Shown here: positions 52,834 to 61,244 of the stretch, in pieces
Layout: every line of letters begins with the position of its first letter
Position numbering within the stretch: position 1 is the stretch's first letter
Source: an uncultured Woeseiaceae bacterium
GTDB lineage: Bacteria > Pseudomonadota > Gammaproteobacteria > Steroidobacterales > Woeseiaceae
DNA length: 64,000 bases
Assembly (NCBI GenBank): GCA_964528965.1
Contig: CAZGVL010000006.1
Location: 10,265-74,264 of the forward strand
Direction: 5' to 3'
The notes under the pieces: generated by a model
What the model saw: only the letters and a program-made list of their open reading frames with translations
The model's database searches: none
Told to the model about the DNA's origin: nothing
Made by a program: the position numbers and the translations under genes

Positions 52834-55257
52834 GTGAAGCGCCAATTTGTAAGCAAGCATAAGCGGACGGCAATAGTGCCGCTGCTGTTGTTTGCCTTGA
52901 TTCTGCTGGCTTGCACGCCAGATGAGCGCGGCGCAAAGCTGCCAGAGTTGGCATCCGCCGACTACGATTGGATCGCTCTGCGTATCTACCAGAGCGAGGC
53001 ACACGGCGAAGCTCGGTATCTTACGCACTGGAATGCCGGGGAAGATTTTCCATCGATGGGAATCGGTCACTTCATCTGGTTTCCGGCCGGAGTAGACGCA
53101 CCCTTTGACGAAACTTTTCCCGCGCTGATCGAATTTCTCAAAGCCGACAAGAGTAGTTGCGCGCCGATTCCAACATGGTTGGACGAGCTCGATCCGGTCA
53201 AGGCACCGTGGCCCGACAAAGCGGCATTTGATGCGGCGCTGACTTCAAGTGAAACAATGGCATTGAGAAGCTGGCTGGCTGCGACTGCATCGACGCAAGC
53301 CCGCTTCATTGTGGCGAGTTTCGAGCGCCGCTGGAATGAGCTTGACCTGGAGGTCGGCGAGAAACGTTACCTCGACGAAGTGCTGCAACAGTTAGTCGGC
53401 ACACCGCAGGGAATGTTTGCGGTCATAGATTATTTCAACTTCAAAGGCCTGGGCACGAACCCACGAGAACGTTACGAGGGCCAGGGCTGGGGTTTGCTGC
53501 AGGTGTTGCAGCGCGTAGCCAGTGAACAGCAGTCAGGAGATACACCGTTGGACCTGCTGCGGCGCTTCAGTGAAGCGGCTGCGGATCGATTGAGCAACCG
53601 CATCGCGTTGTCACCAGCAGAGCGAAATGAGGAGCGCTGGCGCGCCGGTTGGATGCGTCGAGTTGCTGAGTACCAACAGGGCGCGCCCGAATCGAACGAG
53701 ATCCGTGAAATCGGGTTTAGGGTGCTACCTTACGTGCAGACTCCGATGCCGACATCGACCACAATAATGTGGTTCAGCGATAATGATACAGCAGGTGCGC
53801 TTAGCGTTCGCCCGCTTAACGACGGCCAGACAAGTGATGCCGGTGCGGGGCAAGACATAGTCCGTGAATCGCCAGCGGAGCCAGCTTGCGCGCTCAACTA
53901 CCACCCGAGCGAACTTGAATTGCTGCATGCAGGACGACTGCCCATTGCGCCGATGCGTCACGAGGTTTCACTGCAGGGCCTGACGCCCGGGGAGACTTAT
54001 CAATATGAGGTTGTGCAAAACGGCAAGCGCGCTGGTGGTCAGTTTCGTTTGCCCGCCGACAGTGGCGGCGAAAACGAAACTCTGCGGTTCATCGTATATG
54101 GGGATAGCGAAACTGAGCCGGAGTCGACTGGGAAGCACTCACCGTGGGGAGGTTCGGGCGATGCTGTTGGCGCGCGCAATTACCCGGTCGATCAAAGTAC
54201 GGGTTACAAGGAAAACCTGCGGGCTATTATGAAAAGCGAGCCTGATTTTGTTGCAATCGCCGGAGACCTGGTGGAATCCGGGGGGGAGCAGCGCGACTGG
54301 GACGAGTTCTGGCGCCTGAATGCAGACCTCGCGGCCAATACGGCGATCTTCCCTGCGCTGGGAAATCACGATTACTACGGTGGGCCAGGTGAGCTGGGTG
54401 GCTATAGCAACGATGCGTCGCGTCGCGCGAGCGACAAGTACAAGACCTATTTCGCATTGCCGGGAAACGGCTCGGATCTGGCCCATCATCAAGAGGCTTA
54501 CTACTCGTTGCGCTGGGGCCCGGCGACACTCATTGTTATTGACGGCAACGATGGCGTGCCGCATCGCAGTGGAAGCGACTCTAACTGGTACATGCTGGAC
54601 GAAAACCAGGGAGGTAGCGCAACTGCCTGGAACCCGGGTTCAACCCAGTTCAAATGGTTGGAGCAAGCTCTACGAGAGGCACAGCAGACCAGTCAGTTCA
54701 CTTTCGTGATGCTGCATATGGCTCCGTATTCATCGGGCGTGCATGGCATGCCGGCCGGACAGGGCGAGGGAGAGGATCCGTTGTCGGGTCGGCCACTGCG
54801 TGCATTGCTGCCGTTGCTAATGAAATACGGCGTTGATGCAGTATTCAGCGGTCATGATGAGTTGTATGAGCACTCGGTCGTATCCGGGCAGGAGCAGTGG
54901 CCGAACGGTTCCCTGGAAGATCACAAGATACACTTCCTCGTAGTCGGGACTGGTGGAGACGGCTTGCGTGCTGCTGCGGAGGGTGCGAAGAATTCGTTTC
55001 GCACATTTTCCGCGCACGAAAACGCGCCTGAGATCTACAACAAGAATGGAATGCTGGTCGATGGCGGCCAACACTACGGACATGTGGAAGTGAATATCGA
55101 ACCGGGTACTAACGGTCAGTTACAGGCGCAACTTGAGCCGGTATACATCTTTCCGTTGTTGGATGCCGATGGCGCAGTCCTCGGATTCGAACGTCGAGTT
55201 TATGACGATGTAACGGTCATCATCACCCACAGAAGCGACAAGGCCGCAAGCGAATGA
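52834..55257 (+). CDS. Lipoprotein: uncharacterised ~330-aa N-terminal domain fused to a purple-acid-phosphatase-like metallophosphoesterase
   Basis: The GTG at 52834 is preferred because the track start (52741) lies inside the terminator hairpin. Lipobox LILLAC. The C-terminal half has a PAP-N-like beta domain (ETYQYEVVQNGKRAGGQFRLP) and the calcineurin-like motifs VYGDSE, IAGDLVESGG, ALGNHDY, VMLHMAPYSS, FSGHDELYEH. Confidence 0.75.
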   Translation: MKRQFVSKHKRTAIVPLLLFALILLACTPDERGAKLPELASADYDWIALRIYQSEAHGEARYLTHWNAGEDFPSMGIGHFIWFPAGVDAPFDETFPALIEFLKADKSSCAPIPTWLDELDPVKAPWPDKAAFDAALTSSETMALRSWLAATASTQARFIVASFERRWNELDLEVGEKRYLDEVLQQLVGTPQGMFAVIDYFNFKGLGTNPRERYEGQGWGLLQVLQRVASEQQSGDTPLDLLRRFSEAAADRLSNRIALSPAERNEERWRAGWMRRVAEYQQGAPESNEIREIGFRVLPYVQTPMPTSTTIMWFSDNDTAGALSVRPLNDGQTSDAGAGQDIVRESPAEPACALNYHPSELELLHAGRLPIAPMRHEVSLQGLTPGETYQYEVVQNGKRAGGQFRLPADSGGENETLRFIVYGDSETEPESTGKHSPWGGSGDAVGARNYPVDQSTGYKENLRAIMKSEPDFVAIAGDLVESGGEQRDWDEFWRLNADLAANTAIFPALGNHDYYGGPGELGGYSNDASRRASDKYKTYFALPGNGSDLAHHQEAYYSLRWGPATLIVIDGNDGVPHRSGSDSNWYMLDENQGGSATAWNPGSTQFKWLEQALREAQQTSQFTFVMLHMAPYSSGVHGMPAGQGEGEDPLSGRPLRALLPLLMKYGVDAVFSGHDELYEHSVVSGQEQWPNGSLEDHKIHFLVVGTGGDGLRAAAEGAKNSFRTFSAHENAPEIYNKNGMLVDGGQHYGHVEVNIEPGTNGQLQAQLEPVYIFPLLDADGAVLGFERRVYDDVTVIITHRSDKAASE

Positions 55258-56720
55258 ACATCAATATTGGACTCGTTGATTCAACTATCGTCATTGTCTA
55301 CATGGCGGCAGTACTCGGCCTGGGATTATGGATTGGTCGTGGCAAACAATCGTCTGCTGACTACTTCCTCGCGGACCGCTCCATGCCGTGGGGAGCATTG
55401 CTCCTGTCAATTGTCGCGACAGAGACCAGTACGGTTACCTTTCTCAGCTTGCCGGGCATCGCGGCTGCTGCTGGCGGTAACCTGACTTTCTTACAGATTA
55501 CCATCGGCTATGTTGTTGGCCGCTTGTTCGTCGTGTTCGTATTGCTGCCGCTATATTTTCAGGGCAAGCCGTTTTCTGCCTATGAGGTTCTTGAGTCACG
55601 CTTTGGTCGCTTGAGTCGCCGAACGGTTTCGACCTTGTTTCTGTTGACTCGTAACACAAGTGACTCACTACGCTTGTTCCTGACTGCCCTGGTGTTGCAA
55701 ATTGTCCTCGGGATTGATCTGAGTATTAGTGTCATCGTACTCGGCATCGTGACTATCCTGTATACCTTCATTGGCGGCGCGAAATCTGTCATCTGGAACG
55801 ACTGTATTCAGTTCGTTATCTATATCCTGGGCGCCGCAACTGCAGCAGTAATCATCGTTAATCTTGTTCCAGGCGGACTCGGGCAAATCATTGAGTCCGC
55901 GACGGCGCAAGACAAACTGAAGTTTCTCGATTTCGACTTCAGCCTCGTCAAGCCGTCAATGACATTCTGGGCCGGACTTGCAGGTGGCGCATTTCTGACC
56001 GCAGCCACACACGGCACCGATCAGCTGATGGTGCAGCGTTACTTGTCTGCCAAACGTCAGTCCGATGCTGCATTGGCTCTCGGCCTCAGCGGTTTTATCG
56101 TCTTGTTGCAATTCGCAATCTTCTTGCTGCTGGGTTTGGGGCTTGCCGTTCTGTTTCAGTCTACGGGCGAAATCGGTGGCGATACCGCGATGAAAAGCGA
56201 TCAGCTCTTTGCCCATTTCATCGTCAACTACATGCCGATCGGATTGCTTGGAATAACGCTGGCCGCAGTATTCGCGGCGGCCATGTCGACATTGTCCAGC
56301 TCGCTGAACTCATCTGCGGCGGTCTTTATTAACGATCTGTATCTTCCGCTGCAGGGCCGAGCACCAGAGCAAGGTGCCAGCCTGAGTGCCAGTCGAATTG
56401 CGACCATCGCATTTGGTGTGTTGCAAATTGCTCTGGCGATCATGTTTGGGCTGATAGGCACAGACGAAAGCACTGTCGCAAACGTTCTCAAGATCAGCGG
56501 TTTTGCTACAGGGCCTGTCCTGGGCTTGTATTTCCTGGCTGTGTTCGCGCCGCGCGTTGATCAGAGGTCAGCGCTGACGGGGTTTATCGCAGGCGTCGCG
56601 ATTCTGTCCGCGGTCGCCTATGGCAGCAGTCTCTATTGGGCCTGGTACGCACTGGTCGGTTCGCTAACAACGCTGGCCGTCGGGTCTGTGGTGCAGTTGC
56701 TACGGGGACATAAGAGCTAA
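55254..56720 (+). CDS. Sodium:solute symporter (SSS) family transporter
   Basis: 488 aa with about 13 TM segments. The N-terminus ...ADYFLADRSMPWGALLLSIVATETSTVTFLSLPG is the typical SSS signature. Its ATG overlaps the upstream stop (ATGA). Confidence 0.85.
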   Translation: MNINIGLVDSTIVIVYMAAVLGLGLWIGRGKQSSADYFLADRSMPWGALLLSIVATETSTVTFLSLPGIAAAAGGNLTFLQITIGYVVGRLFVVFVLLPLYFQGKPFSAYEVLESRFGRLSRRTVSTLFLLTRNTSDSLRLFLTALVLQIVLGIDLSISVIVLGIVTILYTFIGGAKSVIWNDCIQFVIYILGAATAAVIIVNLVPGGLGQIIESATAQDKLKFLDFDFSLVKPSMTFWAGLAGGAFLTAATHGTDQLMVQRYLSAKRQSDAALALGLSGFIVLLQFAIFLLLGLGLAVLFQSTGEIGGDTAMKSDQLFAHFIVNYMPIGLLGITLAAVFAAAMSTLSSSLNSSAAVFINDLYLPLQGRAPEQGASLSASRIATIAFGVLQIALAIMFGLIGTDESTVANVLKISGFATGPVLGLYFLAVFAPRVDQRSALTGFIAGVAILSAVAYGSSLYWAWYALVGSLTTLAVGSVVQLLRGHKS

Positions 56721-56773
56721 TGAACGCTGCCAACCATGTTGTTGCGGATGACCGAAGAGACTGCCGGCTGTCC

Positions 56774-57997
56774 TTAGCGGTACAGCAGGAATCGCGCACG
56801 TCGATCGCGAAAGTCGTTAAGGCCATCAATGTAACTGGCGGAGATTTCAGCGTATCGCCGACCATCGATGACTGCGCGGTGCGCAGCATCGTTGCCCAAC
56901 AGGCGAAGATAGGGTTCAGCCTCCCACGTGTCGGGGTAGTTGCGCCTAAGAAGATGAGCGATCTCGAGTCCGGTTCGGACAGGCTCAAATTGTTCTCGAT
57001 CAGTAATGGTCATGCGCAGGCCGCTACACTGCTCGCCGGAAAACTTGCTCGCGTCCGGCGTGAACTCAAGCGGCGCAAACGAAATCCCAGGCAGTTCAAG
57101 GTCGCTCAGCTGGGCAGCCAGTGCCACGCCATCGAGCCACGGCGCGCCAATAACTTCGAAAGGCGTGTCGGTCCCACGCCCCACCGACAAATTGGTCGTT
57201 TCCAGAATGCCGATGCCTGGATACAAAATCGCTTCGGTCAGGCTGCGCATATTGGGCGAGGGGTTGATCCATGGCAGGCTTGTCGTGTCGAAGAACTGCG
57301 CACGCTGCCAGCCTTCCAGTTTGACGACCTGCAGCTCGATGTCGATAGCCAGCTCATCCTTGAAGAGCAAGGCGAGTTCGCCAACCGTCATTCCGTGCCG
57401 GATCGGTATGCGATGAAAGCCGACGAACGATTGCTTGCCATCGTCAAGTACAGGGCCTGCAACGGCGGTGCCGTTGATCGGGTTCGGCCGGTCGAGAACG
57501 ACAAAGCGAACGCCGAGCTCGCTCGCTGCCTGCATGGCGTTACCCATGGTCGATATATAGGTATAGAAGCGCGTACCGATGTCCTGAATATCGAATACGA
57601 CCGTATCGATCTCATCGAGCATCGCAGGTGTTGGCCGACGCGTGTCTCCGTAGAGACTAAAAACAGAAATGCCGGTGTCGCTTTCAGTGCCATCACCAAC
57701 AACGGGGATGTCGAGCTTTCCCTCCAGCCCGTGTTCGGGACTGAAAATGCGCACGAGATCAACTACGTCGGCATCGTGCAGAATTCGGATGGTGCTTTTG
57801 CCGTGTCGATCGACACCCGTTTGATTGGTGATCAATGCAATCCGCTGCCCGCTGAGCGGTGCGAAATTATCACGCGACAAGACGTCAATGCCGGTCAGTA
57901 CCGGCACGCCTCGGTCACAGGCAGGCAATTGCATAATGCACAGCAGAAGCGCGATCCATCTGCTGTGGCGAACGAGGCTAGAGCACATAAGGTTCAA
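56774..57997 (-). CDS. namZ: DUF1343 family lipoprotein, NamZ-type exo-beta-N-acetylmuramidase candidate
   Basis: 407 aa with a TTG start (alternative ATG at 57988) and lipobox MQLPAC. DUF1343 pattern: TGIDVL...LSGQRIALITNQTGVD...VRIFSPEHGLEG...VVLDRPNPING...IPIRHGMTVGELALLF. The activity is inferred from characterised NamZ homologues. Confidence 0.8.
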   Translation of the reverse strand: MNLMCSSLVRHSRWIALLLCIMQLPACDRGVPVLTGIDVLSRDNFAPLSGQRIALITNQTGVDRHGKSTIRILHDADVVDLVRIFSPEHGLEGKLDIPVVGDGTESDTGISVFSLYGDTRRPTPAMLDEIDTVVFDIQDIGTRFYTYISTMGNAMQAASELGVRFVVLDRPNPINGTAVAGPVLDDGKQSFVGFHRIPIRHGMTVGELALLFKDELAIDIELQVVKLEGWQRAQFFDTTSLPWINPSPNMRSLTEAILYPGIGILETTNLSVGRGTDTPFEVIGAPWLDGVALAAQLSDLELPGISFAPLEFTPDASKFSGEQCSGLRMTITDREQFEPVRTGLEIAHLLRRNYPDTWEAEPYLRLLGNDAAHRAVIDGRRYAEISASYIDGLNDFRDRRARFLLYR

Positions 57998-58035
57998 TCA
58001 AATCAGCATAATTAGCGGACAGGTATAGTAGTGCA

Positions 58036-58932
58036 ATGCAAAAAGAATTAGCAACGGAGGCGCGTAATCCGGCGTCTGAAAACCTCGATCAATTGAGTAG
58101 CATCGAGTTTGTTCGTCTTGTCAACGATGAGGACGCAAAGTTAGCTGCGGCTGTCGCAACGCAGGTGGAAGAAATTGCAAAATCGATAGACCTGATAGCC
58201 GACCGACTTGAAAATGGTGGCCGCCTCATTTACATCGGTGCAGGAACATCGGGGCGGCTGGGCGTGCTTGATGCGTCCGAGTGCCCGCCGACATTCAGCG
58301 CGAAGCCGGAGCAGGTTGTGGGCCTGATAGCGGGCGGATTAGTGGCCTTGCAGCATGCCGTTGAAGGTGCTGAGGATGCGCTTGAGCAAGGTGCAGACGA
58401 TTTGCGCAATGTGAATATTTCGCACGCGGACGTGGTTGTTGGCATCGCAGCAAGCGGAAATACTCCGTATGTCATCGGCGCGCTCGACTGTGCGAACGAG
58501 TTGGGTGCTGGCACGGTCGGTTTAAGCTGCAACCCCGGAAGTGCGGTCTCGACGCGGGCACAAATCGGTATAGCCGTGGCCGTGGGGCCGGAGGTGTTAT
58601 CCGGGTCGACAAGAATGAAGGCAGGCACAGCGACAAAGATGGTGCTCAACATGCTGACAACGGGTGCGATGGTGCGGCTGGGCAAGACCTACGGAAACCT
58701 GATGGTCGATCTGCAGGCGTCGAATAGCAAGTTGGAGGATCGTTCGGTCAAGATTGTTCAACAACTGACCGATCTGTCCGAGGATGATGCACGCGAGCGA
58801 CTGGCCACCTGCGATGGAGAGCTGAAGACCGCTGTTGTCAGTTGTCAGCTGAGCCTATCGCCAGACGCCGCGCGAGCCAGGCTTGCAGAAGTGGGTGGCA
58901 GATTACGCGCCGCGTTGGGTGTCGGTGAATAA
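58036..58932 (+). CDS. murQ: N-acetylmuramic acid 6-phosphate etherase
   Basis: 298 aa. GRLIYIGAGTSGRLGVLDASECPPTF...VVGLIAGG..ALQHAVEGAEDA...VVGIAASGNTPYVIGAL...GLSCNPGSAVS...GSTRMKAGTATKMVLNML is near-identical in pattern to E. coli MurQ. Confidence 0.92.
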   Translation: MQKELATEARNPASENLDQLSSIEFVRLVNDEDAKLAAAVATQVEEIAKSIDLIADRLENGGRLIYIGAGTSGRLGVLDASECPPTFSAKPEQVVGLIAGGLVALQHAVEGAEDALEQGADDLRNVNISHADVVVGIAASGNTPYVIGALDCANELGAGTVGLSCNPGSAVSTRAQIGIAVAVGPEVLSGSTRMKAGTATKMVLNMLTTGAMVRLGKTYGNLMVDLQASNSKLEDRSVKIVQQLTDLSEDDARERLATCDGELKTAVVSCQLSLSPDAARARLAEVGGRLRAALGVGE

Positions 58933-59878
58933 GGCACCCGCCACTCTGATCCTGGGCGTCGATGGCGGTGGTACAAAAACTGCTGCGCGAATCGCGTCTG
59001 TCGACACGGACGGCAATATCCGTGAGCTCGGCGCGGGCTATGGCGGGCCGTCGAATGTTCGCGCCGTAGGCTCGCAACACGCGGTTACTAACCTCGATGT
59101 TGCTATCGATGCAGCGCATACCGCGGCTGGCACGACCAATGCCAGGCTCGACTATGCCGTGCTTGCGTTGGCTGGCAGTTCACTACCCGATGTTCAGGCG
59201 GTAATTATCGACTGGGCTGACCGCAGGCAGCTCGCTGATCAGGTCGATATTGTCCACGATGCGGAGGCTGTGCTGGCTGCCGGTATTCATAAAGACCACG
59301 GTATTGCGCTAATCGTTGGCACAGGATCGGTCGCACTGGGTACGGACGCTTCTGGCAATACGGCAGTTACCGGAGGCTGGGGCCACTGGTTTGGCGATCA
59401 GGGGAGTGGTTTTGATCTCGGCCGGCGGGCGCTGGCCGCCGTTGCTGATGCGGTTGATGGCATAGCCGCGCAAACGACGCTGGTTCGAGAGATTACTGCT
59501 CGACTGCAGGTTAGTGACCCGCGTGCGATAGCGCGCAAGCTAAGTCTGGCGGTCGATGTTCGGCAGGAAATAGCCGTGCTTGCTCCGATCGTGATGGCGG
59601 AGGCAATTGCTGGCGATGCGGTTGCCAAAAACATAGTCGATTCCGCGGCCGCAGCGGCAGCCGGGCTGGTCGTTGCGACGACTGCAAGACTGGGTCTCGG
59701 CAATAATGTGCCGCTGGCTCTGGCCGGCGGGATCGCATGCTCGGGTGATCTGTTTCGCAACAGTCTCCTGGCGCACCTGAATGCACATTCGATTCGACCG
59801 GAACCGATAACGGTAGTGACAGACCCGGTTGTGGGGAGTCTCGTTATGGCACGTGACCGTTTACCGGAAGGGCAGTAG
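58925..59878 (+). CDS. BadF/BadG/BcrA/BcrD-type N-acetylhexosamine kinase (GlcNAc and/or MurNAc kinase)
   Basis: ...LILGVDGGGTKTAARI... is the ATPase phosphate-1 motif, and IVGTGSVALG and GGWGHWFGDQGSG follow. The start is uncertain: the GTGs at 58925 and 58919 overlap the murQ stop, and the track TTG is at 58883. Clostridial MurK belongs to this family. Confidence 0.8.
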   Translation: MNKAPATLILGVDGGGTKTAARIASVDTDGNIRELGAGYGGPSNVRAVGSQHAVTNLDVAIDAAHTAAGTTNARLDYAVLALAGSSLPDVQAVIIDWADRRQLADQVDIVHDAEAVLAAGIHKDHGIALIVGTGSVALGTDASGNTAVTGGWGHWFGDQGSGFDLGRRALAAVADAVDGIAAQTTLVREITARLQVSDPRAIARKLSLAVDVRQEIAVLAPIVMAEAIAGDAVAKNIVDSAAAAAAGLVVATTARLGLGNNVPLALAGGIACSGDLFRNSLLAHLNAHSIRPEPITVVTDPVVGSLVMARDRLPEGQ

Positions 59879-61171
59879 ATGCAGGCGCCGAAAAGAAATC
59901 CGTGGTTCTGGATTCCCAGTCTCTACTACGCGCAAGGATTGCCATTCGTGGTCGTGATGACCGTCTCGGTCATCATGTACAAGCGCCTCGGAATATCCAA
60001 TACCGATATTGCGTTCTATACGAGCTGGCTGTATCTGCCGTGGGTTATCAAGCCGCTCTGGAGTCCGATCGTCGACATTATCAAGACGCGGCGACTCTGG
60101 ATCATCAGCATGCAGTTATTGGTCGGTGCGGGTCTGGCGGGTGTTGCGCTGACTATTCCGGGCAGTGACTTCTTCCGCTACTCGCTGGCAGTCCTTTGGC
60201 TGATCGCGTTTAGTTCGGCGACGCATGACATTGCTGCGGATGGCTTCTACATTACGGCCCTGAGTGAGCACGAGCAGGCGTGGTTCGTCGGCATACGCAG
60301 TACGTTTTTTCGACTTGCCATGATAACGGGGCAAGGGCTGCTGGTTATGGTTGCGGGTTATCTGGAAAGTAGGACAAACGACATCGGTCTTGCCTGGAGT
60401 CTTACTTTTTACTTGCTGGCAGGCCTGTTCCTGATCCTGTTCGCATGGCATCGCTTTGTACTTCCGGTGCCCGCGTCCGACGTGTCCCACCAGCCGGATT
60501 CCCTGACGGACGTTCTGCGTGATTCCGTACGGACTTTTGTGTCGTTTTTTCAGAAGGAAGGTATCGGCCGAATTCTCGCGTTCCTGTTGTTATATCGCTT
60601 CTCCGAGGCACAGCTTGCAAAACTATCGAGTCCATTCATGCTGGACGCACAAGCTGATGGAGGCCTCGAGCTTGGTACCGCGGTGGTCGGACTGACGTAC
60701 GGTACGGTCGGTGTGCTGATGTTAACCATCGGCGGCATCCTGGGCGGCATGCTCGTCGCACGGCATGGGCTGCATCGCTGGCTGTGGTGGATGGTCGCCG
60801 CAATCAACCTGCCCAATGTTGTCTATTTGTTGCTAGCGACCATGCAACCCGAGAACCTGATATTCATCAACATTGCGGTGGGCGCTGAGCAGTTCGGCTA
60901 CGGTTTCGGCTTTACAGCCTACCTTTTGTATATGATTTACATCGCTCGTGGGGCCCACAGTACAGCGCACTATGCGATCTGCACCGGTTTCATGTCGCTC
61001 GGCATGATGCTGCCCGGCATGGTTAGCGGCTGGTTGCAGGCGCTGCTCGGCTATCAGCATTTCTTTGTCTGGATATTGATTGCTACGATACCGTCGTTTG
61101 TGGCCGTCAAGTTAATTCCGCTTGAGCGTGGCTTTGGCAAGAGAGAAGCGCCACAATCTGCCACCAGTTGA
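59879..61171 (+). CDS. ampG: AmpG-family MFS muropeptide permease
   Basis: 430 aa. Its ATG directly abuts the upstream TAG. LYYAQGLPFVVV..., LYLPWVIKPLWSPIVD..TRRLW and SSATHDIAADGFYI are AmpG-family motifs. Confidence 0.85.
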   Translation: MQAPKRNPWFWIPSLYYAQGLPFVVVMTVSVIMYKRLGISNTDIAFYTSWLYLPWVIKPLWSPIVDIIKTRRLWIISMQLLVGAGLAGVALTIPGSDFFRYSLAVLWLIAFSSATHDIAADGFYITALSEHEQAWFVGIRSTFFRLAMITGQGLLVMVAGYLESRTNDIGLAWSLTFYLLAGLFLILFAWHRFVLPVPASDVSHQPDSLTDVLRDSVRTFVSFFQKEGIGRILAFLLLYRFSEAQLAKLSSPFMLDAQADGGLELGTAVVGLTYGTVGVLMLTIGGILGGMLVARHGLHRWLWWMVAAINLPNVVYLLLATMQPENLIFINIAVGAEQFGYGFGFTAYLLYMIYIARGAHSTAHYAICTGFMSLGMMLPGMVSGWLQALLGYQHFFVWILIATIPSFVAVKLIPLERGFGKREAPQSATS

Positions 61172-61244
61172 GCGTATCGTTGCCACAGCCAGATAGCAGT
61201 ATGCTCGTAAGGCACAAAAACATCCTTACAACGGAGAGTGAACA

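Noticed and set aside
56720-58015. 431-aa ORF on the + strand, the longest unexplained ORF in the track
   Set aside because: It lies exactly antisense to the DUF1343/NamZ gene. Its product is Arg/Ala-rich with no recognisable motifs, whereas the minus-strand product has a lipobox and the full DUF1343 motif set. It is a shadow ORF in GC-rich coding DNA.
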